In this document: in pieces, positions 1 to 9,271 of the stretch
How the letters are laid out: each line of letters begins with the position of its first letter
Numbering within the stretch: position 1 is the stretch's first letter
Assembly: GCA_963788205.1 (NCBI GenBank)
Contig: CAWBGG010000007.1
Location: 378,732 to 442,731 of the forward strand
Source of the DNA: an uncultured delta proteobacterium
Lineage (GTDB): Bacteria; Desulfobacterota; Binatia; Binatales; Binataceae
Direction of reading: 5' to 3'
Length of the DNA stretch: 64,000 bases
Position numbers and translations under genes: made by a program
The notes under the pieces: generated by a model
The model's database searches: none
Seen by the model: the letters and a program-made list of their open reading frames with translations, nothing else
What the model was told of the DNA's origin: nothing

Positions 1-816
1 GAAGGAGCCGATCGGCTTGCCGAACTGCTCTCGGACCTTGGAGTACTCGACCGCCATGTCGAGCGCGCGCTCGATTCCGCCCAGCGAGTCGGCGGCGATC
101 GCCACCGCGCCGATATCGATGATGCGCTCGGGCAGATTCACGCCGCGAAGGCGCGCATCGGGCTTGAGCGCGACGCCGTCGAACTCCACGCGGGAGATCC
201 GCCGCGTCAGGTCCAGGCACTTCATCGCCTTGACCGTCACACCGGGCGCGGCGGTCTCAACCACGAACAGCGCCACCTCGCCGTCCGAGGCGCCGGTCCG
301 CGCCGCCACGACAATGAAGTCGGCCAGATGCGCATACGGCACGAACATCTTGACGCCGGAGAGCGAGAATCCCGAGGCGGCTTCGGCCGCGATCGCGGTG
401 ACGTCGCGCGGCGCGAGGCTGTCGTTCTCATCCACGATCGCGATCGTACCGAGCGCGCTTCCGGCGGCGAGCGCGGGCAGCCATCGCAGCTTCAGTTCCT
501 CTGACCCGCCCGCCCCGAGCGCGTGCGCCGCGATCGCGGAGGAGAACAGGAACGGGCCCGGCATCGCGGCGTAGCCGCATTCCTCGAGCAGCACCGCCAT
601 ATCGAGTGTCGTCATCCCGGCGCCGCCGAATTGCTCGGGCACGATCAGCCCCGTCCAGCCGAGCTTGGCGATCTCGCCGTAGAGCTCGCGCGGAATTCCG
701 TCCGCGTCGGCCATCGCCTTGCGCACCAGCGTGGTCGGGCATTCGTTGCGCAGAAAATCGCGCGCGGTCTCCTTGAGATGGCGCTGCTCGTCGCTCAGCC
801 CGAAGTCCATCGCTGA
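1..816 (-). CDS. acyl-CoA dehydrogenase, partial (start codon at 816, 3-prime end runs off window edge)
   Basis: Reverse-complement of 1-816 is one open frame from ATG at 816. It reads MDFGLSDEQRHLKE... and ends ...EYSKVREQFGKPIGSF, the classic ACAD C-terminal motif. There is no stop inside the window, so the ORF track does not list it. Confidence 0.8.
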
Positions 817-838
817 TTCCTATCGGCGCCGCAGCGCG

Positions 839-2026
839 TCATCGCGATTTGGGCATCTTGAGCCCGCGCTCGGCGATAATGTTTTTCTGGATATGCGAGG
901 TGCCGCCGCCGATCACCAGCCCGAGCGAGAACATCCATTCGTAGGGCCAGTAAGAGTTGTCCATCGCGTACTCGTCGCCGCGCGCGAGCATCGAGTAGTT
1001 CCCCATCAGCTCCATCGCGGCGGTCGCCAGCTCGTGATTAAGCTCGGTGCCCACGAGCTTGTTGATCATCGACTCGATTCCCGGATGGCGCCCGTGGACC
1101 TGATCGGAAAGCTGGCGATACGAATGGAACCGCATTGCCGTGACGCGAATCTCGAGCTCCGCGAGCCGCTGGCGGAATACCGGGTCGTCGGCCAGGCTGC
1201 GCCGGTTGCGCTTGATCGAGCGGGCGAGCGCGAGCAGGCGGTTGAAAATCTGCCGGCTGCCGGTGGCGGAGCCGAGCATGTTGCGCTCGTGAAAGAGCGT
1301 GGCGTTGGCGACGATCCAGCCCTCGTTGAGCTTGCCGACCAGGTTTTTGCGCGGCACCCGCACGTTGTCGAAAAAGACCTCGTTGAAGCCGTGCTCGCCG
1401 GTCATCTGCACCAGCGGGCGCACCGTGACACCCGGTGAATGCATGTCGATCAAAAGGTAGGAAATGCCCCGATGCTTGGGTGCGTCGGGATCGGTGCGCA
1501 CCAGGCAGAACATCATGTCCGCCCATTGCGCGGCGGAGGTCCAGACCTTCTGCCCGTTGACGACGAATTCGTCGCCGACGATCTCGGCGCGCGTCCGCAG
1601 CGAGGCGAGATCCGATCCCGCGCCCGGCTCCGAGTAGCCCTGGCACCAGATTTCCTCGCCGGTCAGCACCTTGGGCAGGTAGCGCCGCTTCTGCTCCTCG
1701 CTGCCGAAGGCGATCAGGGTCGGCCCGAACATCCCGATCCCCTGGCCGCCGATCAGGAACGGCGCGCGCGCCTGCACCATCTCGTCGTTCACGATCGCCT
1801 GCTGCACGGGATCCATCGCCTGCCCGCCGTATTCCTTGGGCCAGGCCAGCGCGACATACCCGGCGTCGTAGAGCTTGCGCTGCCAGGCTTTGGCCCGTTC
1901 GAGCCAACTCTGGTCGGCGCGGCCCTCGTGGCGCCCGGCAAGCCCGCTGTTCGGTACGTTCTCTTCCAGAAAGGCGCGTACCCGGGCGCGGAATTGCTCC
2001 TGCTCGGGGGTGAAAGTCAGATCCAT
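839..2026 (-). CDS. acyl-CoA dehydrogenase
   Basis: 395 aa ORF. ACAD fold motifs are present (GxxxxG FAD region, WITNA-like core, C-terminal YEGT-like region). It sits in tandem with the upstream ACAD, as in two-gene ACAD pairs. Confidence 0.85.
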   Translation of the reverse strand: MDLTFTPEQEQFRARVRAFLEENVPNSGLAGRHEGRADQSWLERAKAWQRKLYDAGYVALAWPKEYGGQAMDPVQQAIVNDEMVQARAPFLIGGQGIGMFGPTLIAFGSEEQKRRYLPKVLTGEEIWCQGYSEPGAGSDLASLRTRAEIVGDEFVVNGQKVWTSAAQWADMMFCLVRTDPDAPKHRGISYLLIDMHSPGVTVRPLVQMTGEHGFNEVFFDNVRVPRKNLVGKLNEGWIVANATLFHERNMLGSATGSRQIFNRLLALARSIKRNRRSLADDPVFRQRLAELEIRVTAMRFHSYRQLSDQVHGRHPGIESMINKLVGTELNHELATAAMELMGNYSMLARGDEYAMDNSYWPYEWMFSLGLVIGGGTSHIQKNIIAERGLKMPKSR

Positions 2027-2148
2027 ACGGTGCTCCTGGCGGCGCTCCTCACGGGACCCAGCATAGTCAAAACCGCGCGACTGCGAAAACGCATCGAGCA
2101 GACCACGCGATCACGATGCGAGCCCGGTAGTGGGCGGCTTTGGAGTCG

Positions 2149-2225
2149 GATGGCCGGCAGGGACGCCGGCCACTACCCTGAATGAAGCTCCTGCATTGGG
2201 TAGGGGCCGGCCTCCGTGCCGGCCC
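2149..2225. repeat. REP/MITE-like palindromic element, family A, copy 1 (core roughly 95 bp)
   Basis: ggatggccggcagggacgccggccactaccctgaat...attgggtaggggccggcctccgtgccggcc. Each arm is itself a hairpin (ggccggc...gccggcc). A near-identical copy in inverted orientation lies at 59584-59660. Confidence 0.7.
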
Positions 2226-2330
2226 GTGCTGGTAGACCGGCCCACTACCGCGAGCCTGCAACCGTTGTCGGTCACTATCAGTGTTGATAAAGTTAAACGT
2301 GGAAGCGGATTAGTGCCGCTTCATGAGATT

Positions 2331-3167
2331 ATGGCTACCACGATTACCACCGAATGTATCAACTGCGGCGCGTGCGAGCCCGAATGCCCCAACACGGCGA
2401 TTTACGCCGGCGGCGTGCCGTGGGAACTCAACGGCGAGACCCATCCCGCGATCGCGGCGGATATCTATTACATCGTGCCGGCCAAGTGCACCGAATGCGT
2501 CGGCTTTTACGATCATGAGGCCTGCGCGGCGGTCTGCCCGGTAGATTGCTGTATCCCGGACCCTAACAACCTGGAGAGCGAGGCGGTGCTGCTGGAGCGC
2601 GCCAAGGTGCTGCACCCCGAGCAAGCTTTCGGCGCCGATTTCCCCTCCCGCTTTCGCAAAGAGGGCGTTGCGGCTGCGGACGGCGACGGCGCCACGGCCG
2701 AGGCCGCCAACGGCGCAGCCGCGCCGGCCGCGGCGGCTGCAACTGCGCCGACCGCGCCGCCGGCGCCAGCTCCCGTCGCGGCTGCGGCGACGACACAAAG
2801 TGACGAGTTCGATCCGATCGCGTGGGAAGTTCCCGTGCGATGCAAGGATTGCAACGAGAGCTACGGTGTTCCGTACCGCCATTTTCAGGTTGGGGTAGTC
2901 TTCTACTGTCCGAACTGTTCGGGATCTTTCGTCCCCAACTCGGTCATCTATCGGGCCGTCAAGGACACCTTCGAGGGTTTCTTCGGCCGGCGCCAGCGCG
3001 AGCGCGAGGCTTTTGAGCGCCGATGCGCGCGTGAGCGGGAGCAGTTCGAGCAGAAGCAGGCCGCCGAGATGGAGGCGTTCCAGGAACGGCTTCAGCGGCT
3101 CGGCAACGAGATCAAGCCCGCCGGCAAGACGGTCAGACCCAAGGGCCTCGCCTCGATGTTCACCTGA
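2331..3167 (+). CDS. ferredoxin (FdxA-like 7Fe / 2[4Fe-4S]) with long C-terminal Ala/Pro-rich, zinc-ribbon-like and coiled-coil extension
   Basis: Internal ATG at 2331 (the ORF-track N-terminus upstream is read-through of the REP element). CINCGACEPECP and CTECVGFYDHEACAAVCPVDCC cluster motifs are present. The C-terminus carries CKDC...CPNC plus a charged coiled coil. Confidence 0.8.
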   Translation: MATTITTECINCGACEPECPNTAIYAGGVPWELNGETHPAIAADIYYIVPAKCTECVGFYDHEACAAVCPVDCCIPDPNNLESEAVLLERAKVLHPEQAFGADFPSRFRKEGVAAADGDGATAEAANGAAAPAAAAATAPTAPPAPAPVAAAATTQSDEFDPIAWEVPVRCKDCNESYGVPYRHFQVGVVFYCPNCSGSFVPNSVIYRAVKDTFEGFFGRRQREREAFERRCAREREQFEQKQAAEMEAFQERLQRLGNEIKPAGKTVRPKGLASMFT

Positions 3168-3217
3168 TGCGCTGACCGCATCCCGCCCTCACCCAGCGAG
3201 CAGCTTGCGCAGCAAGC

Positions 3218-3268
3218 CGCCCGCTGACCTCTCCCGACTTGCGGCTGCGTCCAGGCCGCACCCGCGGG
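3218..3268. repeat. palindromic element family C (CCTCTCCCG...CGGGAGAGG)
   Basis: acctctcccgacttgcggctgcgtccaggccgcacccgcgggagagg. Related copies lie at about 47296-47335 and 48437-48480. Confidence 0.55.
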
Positions 3269-3291
3269 AGAGGTGTTACGAGACACGCACA

Positions 3292-3642
3292 TCAGCGAGG
3301 CTCGCGCGGGCTGAATTGCTTCTCGCGGCGGGCGCCGAGCGAATCGCCGTCGAACTCGATCTGCACGCATCGCCCGCTGCGGTAATCCAGGTCGAGCAGC
3401 AAGTACCGCACCGCGCGGCGCTTGAGCTCGCCGATCAGCGCCGCGATCGACCCGCGATCGCCGGTTTCGATCGCAGCGAGGTCGGCGGCTTCGAGCTTGC
3501 TGATACGGCAGAAGTCACGCGCCAGCGCTTCGCTTGAAAATGCCAGCGCGCCGGCCCATGCGGTGTCTTTTTCCTCGAAGACGATCAGCGCGCCGCCGCT
3601 ATCGAGCAGGAAGTGAAGTTCCGTGCAGTCGGGCGCGCTCAA
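3292..3642 (-). CDS. hypothetical protein
   Basis: 116 aa ORF. Its start overlaps the upstream ORF stop by 4 nt (ATGA), which suggests translational coupling. No recognisable domain. Confidence 0.45.
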   Translation of the reverse strand: MSAPDCTELHFLLDSGGALIVFEEKDTAWAGALAFSSEALARDFCRISKLEAADLAAIETGDRGSIAALIGELKRRAVRYLLLDLDYRSGRCVQIEFDGDSLGARREKQFSPREPR

Positions 3643-3980
3643 ACCGTCTCGACCTTGAGCTCGCCCCGCCGGATCGCCTCCGCCCGCTCTCTCACCAGCG
3701 CAGGATAGCTGTAGTAATGCTCGCCGGAGAGCCGCAGGAATGAATCGAGGTCAACCTCGTCGAGTTCCAGGCCGCCGATTTCCTTTTCGGCGCAAGCGCG
3801 ATCGGGTGCTTTGATGATCACGTCGTAGAGCGCCCGGGTCTGCTCGGATTGGAAATCCTCGCGACGCGGAATGGCGGCATCCTGGATTTTTCCGGCGTGA
3901 AGGTTGTCGAGGATGAAGCGCAGCGCCTTCAGCTCATGCCGAAGCACGTCAACTCGTTTGAGCGGCCGAGCAGTCATCAC
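3639..3980 (-). CDS. hypothetical protein
   Basis: 113 aa ORF, first of a two-gene minus-strand pair. No recognisable domain. Confidence 0.45.
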   Translation of the reverse strand: MMTARPLKRVDVLRHELKALRFILDNLHAGKIQDAAIPRREDFQSEQTRALYDVIIKAPDRACAEKEIGGLELDEVDLDSFLRLSGEHYYSYPALVRERAEAIRRGELKVETV

Positions 3981-4080
3981 GATGAGACTATCGCCGTGGG
4001 TTCGAGGGAATCAACCGAGTTAGGACCGATGGCAGCCGCCTATAGGCTATCCGGCACGATCAGGAAGGCAGCCAAATCGC

Positions 4081-4191
4081 TCCGCGTAGATCCTTCGGCT
4101 TCGCTCCGCTCGCCTCAGGATGACACAAAAGGGGGCGCGCCTGTTTGTCATTCTGAGCCGAGGCCTTCCGAAGGCGAAGAATCTACGCGGA
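4081..4191. repeat. long palindromic element (family B core GAATGACA / TGTCATTC)
   Basis: tccgcgtagatccttcggcttcgc...tcaggatgacacaaa...tttgtcattctga...gcgaagaatctacgcgga. Nested inverted repeats give a stem-loop of roughly 110 bp between the thyX 3-prime end and the next gene. Confidence 0.65.
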
Positions 4192-4239
4192 GCGATTCTC
4201 CTCCCCTGGTAACGGAGAGGTGATCGGGAAGGAGCGTCC

Positions 4240-5049
4240 TTACAACTGCTCCTTCTCTTCGACGGCGCGGAATTCCGCTTCGCTCAGCGCCTGCGCCTTG
4301 CGCGTGCCGTGGCGTTCGTACAGCTCGAACAGCTTGGACTTGTGCGGGCGCACCCTGCTGAGCGGGCACTTGTTATAATCCTCAAGCGACTCGTCGCAGT
4401 AGCCCATCCGGTTTTCGCCGCATTTCGGTTGCAAAAAGATCGCGATCTCCGGGAGCACCTTTTTGATCTCCGCGCGCATCAGGGCGACCATCCGGCGGAT
4501 CTCCCATTGCGCGCGCACGCACAATCGCAGATCGCAGATGTGGAGCATCTCGGCGAAGTTCACCATCACGTGAAAATTGGTCGGCGCGGCGTTGGGCAGC
4601 ACGAAGCGCGCGTCCTCGGCGGGAATTCCGGCTTTGAGCGCGCGCGCGTACAACTCCGAGGTTCGCGACAGCAGCTCCGAGAATTCTTCTTCCATCCCGG
4701 CGCGCCGCCACGATTCGGGCAGCACGAACGCCAGCTTGTCCTGCTTGAATTTAACGTAGCGCTGGCTCTGCTGCTCGAAGCTGATCCCGATCCGATGGCG
4801 CACGAACTGATGCGACAGCGATCGTGAAACTCCCGCGATCCCGAACCAGAACACCACCTGCTCGAGCGGCGAGGCGTGGCCGGTTTGCAACCGCTGCTGG
4901 ATGAACTCGCGGATTTTCTCGTGACTGATTTTCTCGGCCTCGATCTTCTCCCAGATTTCGATCGGCGTGTCGGAGGAATAACAGGTGCGAAACGCGGCGT
5001 AGAGCTTTTCCAGCGGCGCCTTGGCGTAGTCGATCAATTTGACTTGCAT
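4240..5049 (-). CDS. thyX: FAD-dependent thymidylate synthase ThyX
   Basis: RHRIGISFEQQSQRY matches the ThyX RHR-x7/8-S signature. Length is about 270 aa from the internal MQVKLIDY start; the upstream Arg-rich extension in the ORF track is unlikely to be real. Confidence 0.8.
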   Translation of the reverse strand: MQVKLIDYAKAPLEKLYAAFRTCYSSDTPIEIWEKIEAEKISHEKIREFIQQRLQTGHASPLEQVVFWFGIAGVSRSLSHQFVRHRIGISFEQQSQRYVKFKQDKLAFVLPESWRRAGMEEEFSELLSRTSELYARALKAGIPAEDARFVLPNAAPTNFHVMVNFAEMLHICDLRLCVRAQWEIRRMVALMRAEIKKVLPEIAIFLQPKCGENRMGYCDESLEDYNKCPLSRVRPHKSKLFELYERHGTRKAQALSEAEFRAVEEKEQL

Positions 5050-5216
5050 CTGCGCCTGACTGCTCACGGCTCTCTCTCGGCCCTCAATGACATCATAGTC
5101 CCGCACTCTAGCCCAAGCTCGTGATCGGCCGCATCTGGGGGCCTCGCGCCTGTCCACATCGCGGCGATTGCGTGGCCGCGCGCGGACTGCAAGATTCGCC
5201 CAAGGTAACATCAGTG

Positions 5217-6281
5217 ATGCCTACGATGGTCGAGGAACTTTACGCGCGGGTTCTGCGGCAGATCGTCTTTCAGCTACCCGCCGAGACCGCGCATCGCCTG
5301 ACCCTCGCGCTGCTGACGGGCGTGCCGATTGGGATGCGTCCTCATGACCCGCCCGAGCTGCGCACCACGCTCTGCGGCATTGAGCTGGCCAATCCGATTG
5401 GATTGGCCGCCGGGATGGACAAAGAGGTGAAAGCGGCCGGGGCATGGCAGGCGATGGGCTTCGGATTCGCCGAGTTCGGAACGATTACGCCGCGCCCGCA
5501 ACCCGGCAACGCGCGGCCCCGGATGTGGCGAATTCCCGAGCATCAGGCGCTCATCAACCGGCTGGGCTTTCCGAGCGCCGGGATGGAAGCAGCAGCGCGG
5601 CGCCTTGGCCGGCTGCGGCGCGCGGGGCTCAAGATGCGTGTCGGCGTAAATATCGGACCGAATCGCGATACGTCCCGCGAGCGCGTCGCCGCGGACTATG
5701 CCCTCTTGATGCGCACCCTCGGCCCGCTGGCCGATTTCGTGGTGGTAAATCTCAGCTCGCCGAACACGCCGGGGCTCAGGGAATGGCAGGCGCCCGAACG
5801 GATGCGCGAGATTTTCGCGGCCTTGAGATCGGCTGCGGCTCCGCCGGCCCGGCCGATCCTGATCAAGATCGCGCCCGATCTGGAGCCGCCGATGCTGGCG
5901 CAAATCTGCGATCAGGCGCTGGCGCTCGGGGTCAGCGGAATCGTCGCGACCAACACCACGATCGCGCGCGAGGCGGTGGGCGTAACCGCTGCGTACGAAG
6001 GCGGGCTCAGCGGGCGCCCGCTCCGGGAGCGGGCGCGGGCCGTGATTCGCGATCTCTACCGGCATACCCACGGCAAGCTGCCGATTATCGGCGTCGGCGG
6101 CGTGGCCAGTGCGCAAGACGCCTACGCGCATATCCGGGCGGGCGCGAGCGCGGTCGAGCTCTACACCGGTCTGGTCTACGGCGGGCCCGGCCTGATCGGC
6201 GCGATCAAAGCGGCGCTGGCTCGCCAACTCAAAAGCGACGGTCTACGCTCAATCGGCGAAGCAGTCGGCCGCGACGCCTGA
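5217..6281 (+). CDS. pyrD: dihydroorotate dehydrogenase (quinone), class 2
   Basis: N-terminal membrane-association helix. GLAAGMDK, NRLGFPS, GVNIGPN, VVNLSSPNTPGLR and IIGVGGV motifs are typical of PyrD class 2. Confidence 0.85.
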   Translation: MPTMVEELYARVLRQIVFQLPAETAHRLTLALLTGVPIGMRPHDPPELRTTLCGIELANPIGLAAGMDKEVKAAGAWQAMGFGFAEFGTITPRPQPGNARPRMWRIPEHQALINRLGFPSAGMEAAARRLGRLRRAGLKMRVGVNIGPNRDTSRERVAADYALLMRTLGPLADFVVVNLSSPNTPGLREWQAPERMREIFAALRSAAAPPARPILIKIAPDLEPPMLAQICDQALALGVSGIVATNTTIAREAVGVTAAYEGGLSGRPLRERARAVIRDLYRHTHGKLPIIGVGGVASAQDAYAHIRAGASAVELYTGLVYGGPGLIGAIKAALARQLKSDGLRSIGEAVGRDA

Positions 6282-6636
6282 CCCGCCGGGTCCGGACGCT
6301 CGCTCGGGACTGCATTATTAGGCCAAAAATCATGTCAGAATTGACGTCACAATACGGAAAGAGCAAGCCGATGGTTTCGGAAAACTCCAGTATTTTCGCG
6401 GGAATTGTCCAACATTAGAGATACCAAAATGGCTGTCAAAAATGGCGTCACGAATAGGCTGGCCCGTACGCTCTACGCCGGCGTCACCAACGACCCATTC
6501 GTCGCCCGCCGGCTCCTCAGGGCAGGCTCTTGAGCGCCGCGTTTTCGAGCGCAAGCAAGGTAGGCCCGGTTCCTTCACGACGCGATACCACTGTTCTCGC
6601 TCATCGCCGCCCTCTGTCACCCTCGCGCGTCTGCTT

Positions 6637-6746
6637 TGTCTGGCGCGCGAAGGGTCCCGAATCCCTGCCCGGGATTCCTCGCGCGACAGGCAACGCAGAC
6701 GCGCGGGAATGACAAGCCCCGGGATCCTTCGCGCGGCATCGCCCCC
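6637..6746. repeat. BIME-like mosaic of palindromic units (family B)
   Basis: Modules gtctggcgcgcgaagggtcccgaatcc, ccgggattcctcgcgcg and caacgcagacgcgcgggaatgacaa. The same modules recur in inverted order at 59741-59855. Confidence 0.65.
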
Positions 6747-6958
6747 CGGCGCACACCACGCGCGCGCGTGACAATCGTGAAGGAGACGTTTACAACCGGA
6801 GTCGAACTGCCCGCTACCCGGCGGAGGGAATCATGACTTCACAGCCGGCGGCGCGCAGTACCTAATCGACGTGCGATGGCTTCGGGGCATCGTTACGGGG
6901 AGACCGACGCCGGTCCAAATCCCATAGTTGCACGGTTTTATCGGATTGCCGCAGCGTC

Positions 6959-7792
6959 TTACGTTACGCCGGACCATTCGACGGCGTGAACCCGGATCGG
7001 GCGATCGAAACCTTTCAGGGAAACGTCTCCCAGGTCTTTGAAGGGCAGGCTCTTGCCGAGGCACAACTCGGCAACCACGTTCGAGACCAGAATTTGCTCC
7101 GGCTGGGCGTGGGAACACAGGCGCGCGGCCAGTTGGACCGTCGCTCCGAAGAGATCTTGCTGATGCTCGACGGGCTCCCCTGCGGCGGCGCCGATCCGAA
7201 CCTTGAGCCGATGCCCGGTGTGCTCCTCCCGATGCTTGGCCAAGGCGCTTTGAATCCGGGTTGCGCAGCGAACCGCGGCCGCGGCCGACACGAAGGACGC
7301 CATGATACCGTCGCCGGTGTGCTTGACCTCGCGGCCGTCTGCCGCGGCCAGAGCGTCCCGGACGATCGCGTCATGGACGCGTAGCAGAGCCATGACCGCC
7401 TCGTCCCCCAAGGCTTCATTCGTCGAGCCGACGATGTCCGTGAAGAGGACGGTCCGGATTGCGGGATCGCGCTCGTTGCCCGCGCCACCAACGGCGAGCA
7501 TCGCTCCCGACGGACTCTGCTCGCCTCCGCCGAGGAAGGCCTCTACAAGTTCGGGCTCGACTGGAATAATTTTCTCTGCAACCTGCCCATGTGCTTCACG
7601 ATGCACTAACTGCGCAGCCTCCGGACTGGGCGCATTGACGAGGCAGAAAGCCTTGCCCTGGCTCTCCTTGAACCAGTACTTGAGATACTCAACGCCGTAC
7701 TTCCCCTGCGTCTCGAGGTCGGCGGCGTGCGCCTGGTCAACCTGTATCGTGGTTGCTCCCTGGAGGGTATGGACGTCCATGTACAGCGGCAT
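6959..7792 (-). CDS. class III adenylate/guanylate cyclase with N-terminal DUF4242-like (nickel-binding-like) domain
   Basis: C-terminal half carries VLFTDIVGST, HTGDGIMASF, GEPVE and LFGATVQLAARL, the CYTH/class III cyclase motifs. N-terminus MPLYMDVHTL...YLKYWF resembles DUF4242. Confidence 0.75.
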   Translation of the reverse strand: MPLYMDVHTLQGATTIQVDQAHAADLETQGKYGVEYLKYWFKESQGKAFCLVNAPSPEAAQLVHREAHGQVAEKIIPVEPELVEAFLGGGEQSPSGAMLAVGGAGNERDPAIRTVLFTDIVGSTNEALGDEAVMALLRVHDAIVRDALAAADGREVKHTGDGIMASFVSAAAAVRCATRIQSALAKHREEHTGHRLKVRIGAAAGEPVEHQQDLFGATVQLAARLCSHAQPEQILVSNVVAELCLGKSLPFKDLGDVSLKGFDRPIRVHAVEWSGVT

Positions 7793-7888
7793 GTCAGCTT
7801 CCGAAAAAAGGGGTTGCCCTTACTGCCGGGGCATTTTGCGGCCTCGCACGGATGTTATATCAAACATCATGGTGATGGGGAGAACCCT

Positions 7889-9271
7889 ATGCCTGCACAA
7901 TCGATAGATCAGTTGAAGAGTTCTTTCCGTGGGCAGCTCATTCAGCCCACGGATGCTGCCTTTGAGCCCGCGCGCAAAGTCTATAACGGGATGATCGATA
8001 AACGCCCGCGTCTCATCGCGCGGTGCGTGGACGTTGCCGACGTCATCGCGGCGGTGGAGTTTGGCGCGGGAAATGGCCTGTTGACCGCGATTCGCGGCGG
8101 CGGCCATAACGGCGCCGGCCTGGGGACCTGTGACGGCGGCCTGGTGATCGACCTTTCACGAATGAAGGGCATCCGCGTGAGCCCCGCAGACAGAACCGCC
8201 CGCGTTGAGGCCGGGTGCGTTGGGGGCGAGGTGGATCATGCAACGTGTGCCTTCGGCATGGCCGTACCATCCGGCATCATCTCCACCACCGGAGTGGCCG
8301 GGCTCACCCTGGGCGGCGGTATCGGCCATCTCGCGCGCAGATTCGGCCTGACGATCGACAATCTGCTCTCTGTCGACATGGTTCTGGCCGATGGCAGTTT
8401 CGTGACGGCGGGCAGCCAAGAGAATCCCGATCTGTTCTGGGCGGTGCGCGGCGGTGGCGGAAACTTCGGCGTGGTCACTTCCTTCGAATTCCGGCTCCAT
8501 CCGGTGAAGACGGTCCACTTCGGCCCGACCTTCTGGCCGCTCGACCAGGCCGCGAAGGTCCTCGGCGCCTATCGAGACTTCATCCAGGAAGCTCCTGAGG
8601 AAGTGAGCGGCTTTTTCGCTTTTCTTGTCGTCCCACCCTGGCCGATGCTCCCTGAGCATCTCCACCATAAGAAAGTATGCGGCATCATATGGTGTTGCAC
8701 CGGGTCTGCCGAACAGGCGGAAGAATCCCTGAAGCCGATGCGATCGCTGGGTAACCCGCTTTTTGACCACGTTGCGCCTGCGCCATTTCCGGCCGCGCAG
8801 AGCTTCTTTGATCCGCTGTACGTTCCCGGCCTGCAATGGTATTGGCGGGCTGACAACTTCACCGAATTAAGCGATGAAGCCATTGCCCGGCACGTCGAAC
8901 ACGGGTCCAGGATGCCGACTACGCTCTGCACGATGCACCTCTATCCCGTCAATGGCGCGGCACAGCGCGTCGGCAAGAACGATACCGCATACAGTTTCCG
9001 CGAGGCGCTGTTCGCCGAGGTGATCGTGGGCGTGGACCCCGACCCCGCCAATCGCGAAAAAATCACGGCATGGTGCAAGGACTATTGGGACGCCCTGCAT
9101 CCGTATGCGGCCGGTGGTGCGTACGTAAACTTCATGATGGAAGAGGGCCAGGACCGCGTCCAAGCCACCTATCGGGACAACTATCAGCGTCTGGCCCGCA
9201 TCAAGAAGAAATACGACCCGAAGAACTTCTTCCGGGTAAATCAGAACATCCGACCGGCTGATTTGCCATGA
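7889..9271 (+). CDS. FAD-binding oxidoreductase (PCMH-type FAD domain, BBE-like C-terminus)
   Basis: RGGGHN, GxGxxG-like FAD-binding segment and a C-terminal YVNF...NYQRLARIKKKYDPKNFF berberine-bridge-like motif. Internal ATG at 7889 follows a GGTGATGGGGAG-like RBS. Confidence 0.8.
   Translation: MPAQSIDQLKSSFRGQLIQPTDAAFEPARKVYNGMIDKRPRLIARCVDVADVIAAVEFGAGNGLLTAIRGGGHNGAGLGTCDGGLVIDLSRMKGIRVSPADRTARVEAGCVGGEVDHATCAFGMAVPSGIISTTGVAGLTLGGGIGHLARRFGLTIDNLLSVDMVLADGSFVTAGSQENPDLFWAVRGGGGNFGVVTSFEFRLHPVKTVHFGPTFWPLDQAAKVLGAYRDFIQEAPEEVSGFFAFLVVPPWPMLPEHLHHKKVCGIIWCCTGSAEQAEESLKPMRSLGNPLFDHVAPAPFPAAQSFFDPLYVPGLQWYWRADNFTELSDEAIARHVEHGSRMPTTLCTMHLYPVNGAAQRVGKNDTAYSFREALFAEVIVGVDPDPANREKITAWCKDYWDALHPYAAGGAYVNFMMEEGQDRVQATYRDNYQRLARIKKKYDPKNFFRVNQNIRPADLP

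Noticed and set aside
17-574. 185-aa plus-strand ORF at the window start
   Set aside because: The opposite strand encodes an acyl-CoA dehydrogenase with a clear C-terminal motif. This is its antisense frame.
2130-2330. N-terminal 67 codons of the ORF-track ferredoxin entry (MGGFGVGWPAGTPATTLNE...)
   Set aside because: This stretch is read-through of the family A palindromic repeat. The conserved ferredoxin begins at the internal ATG at 2331.
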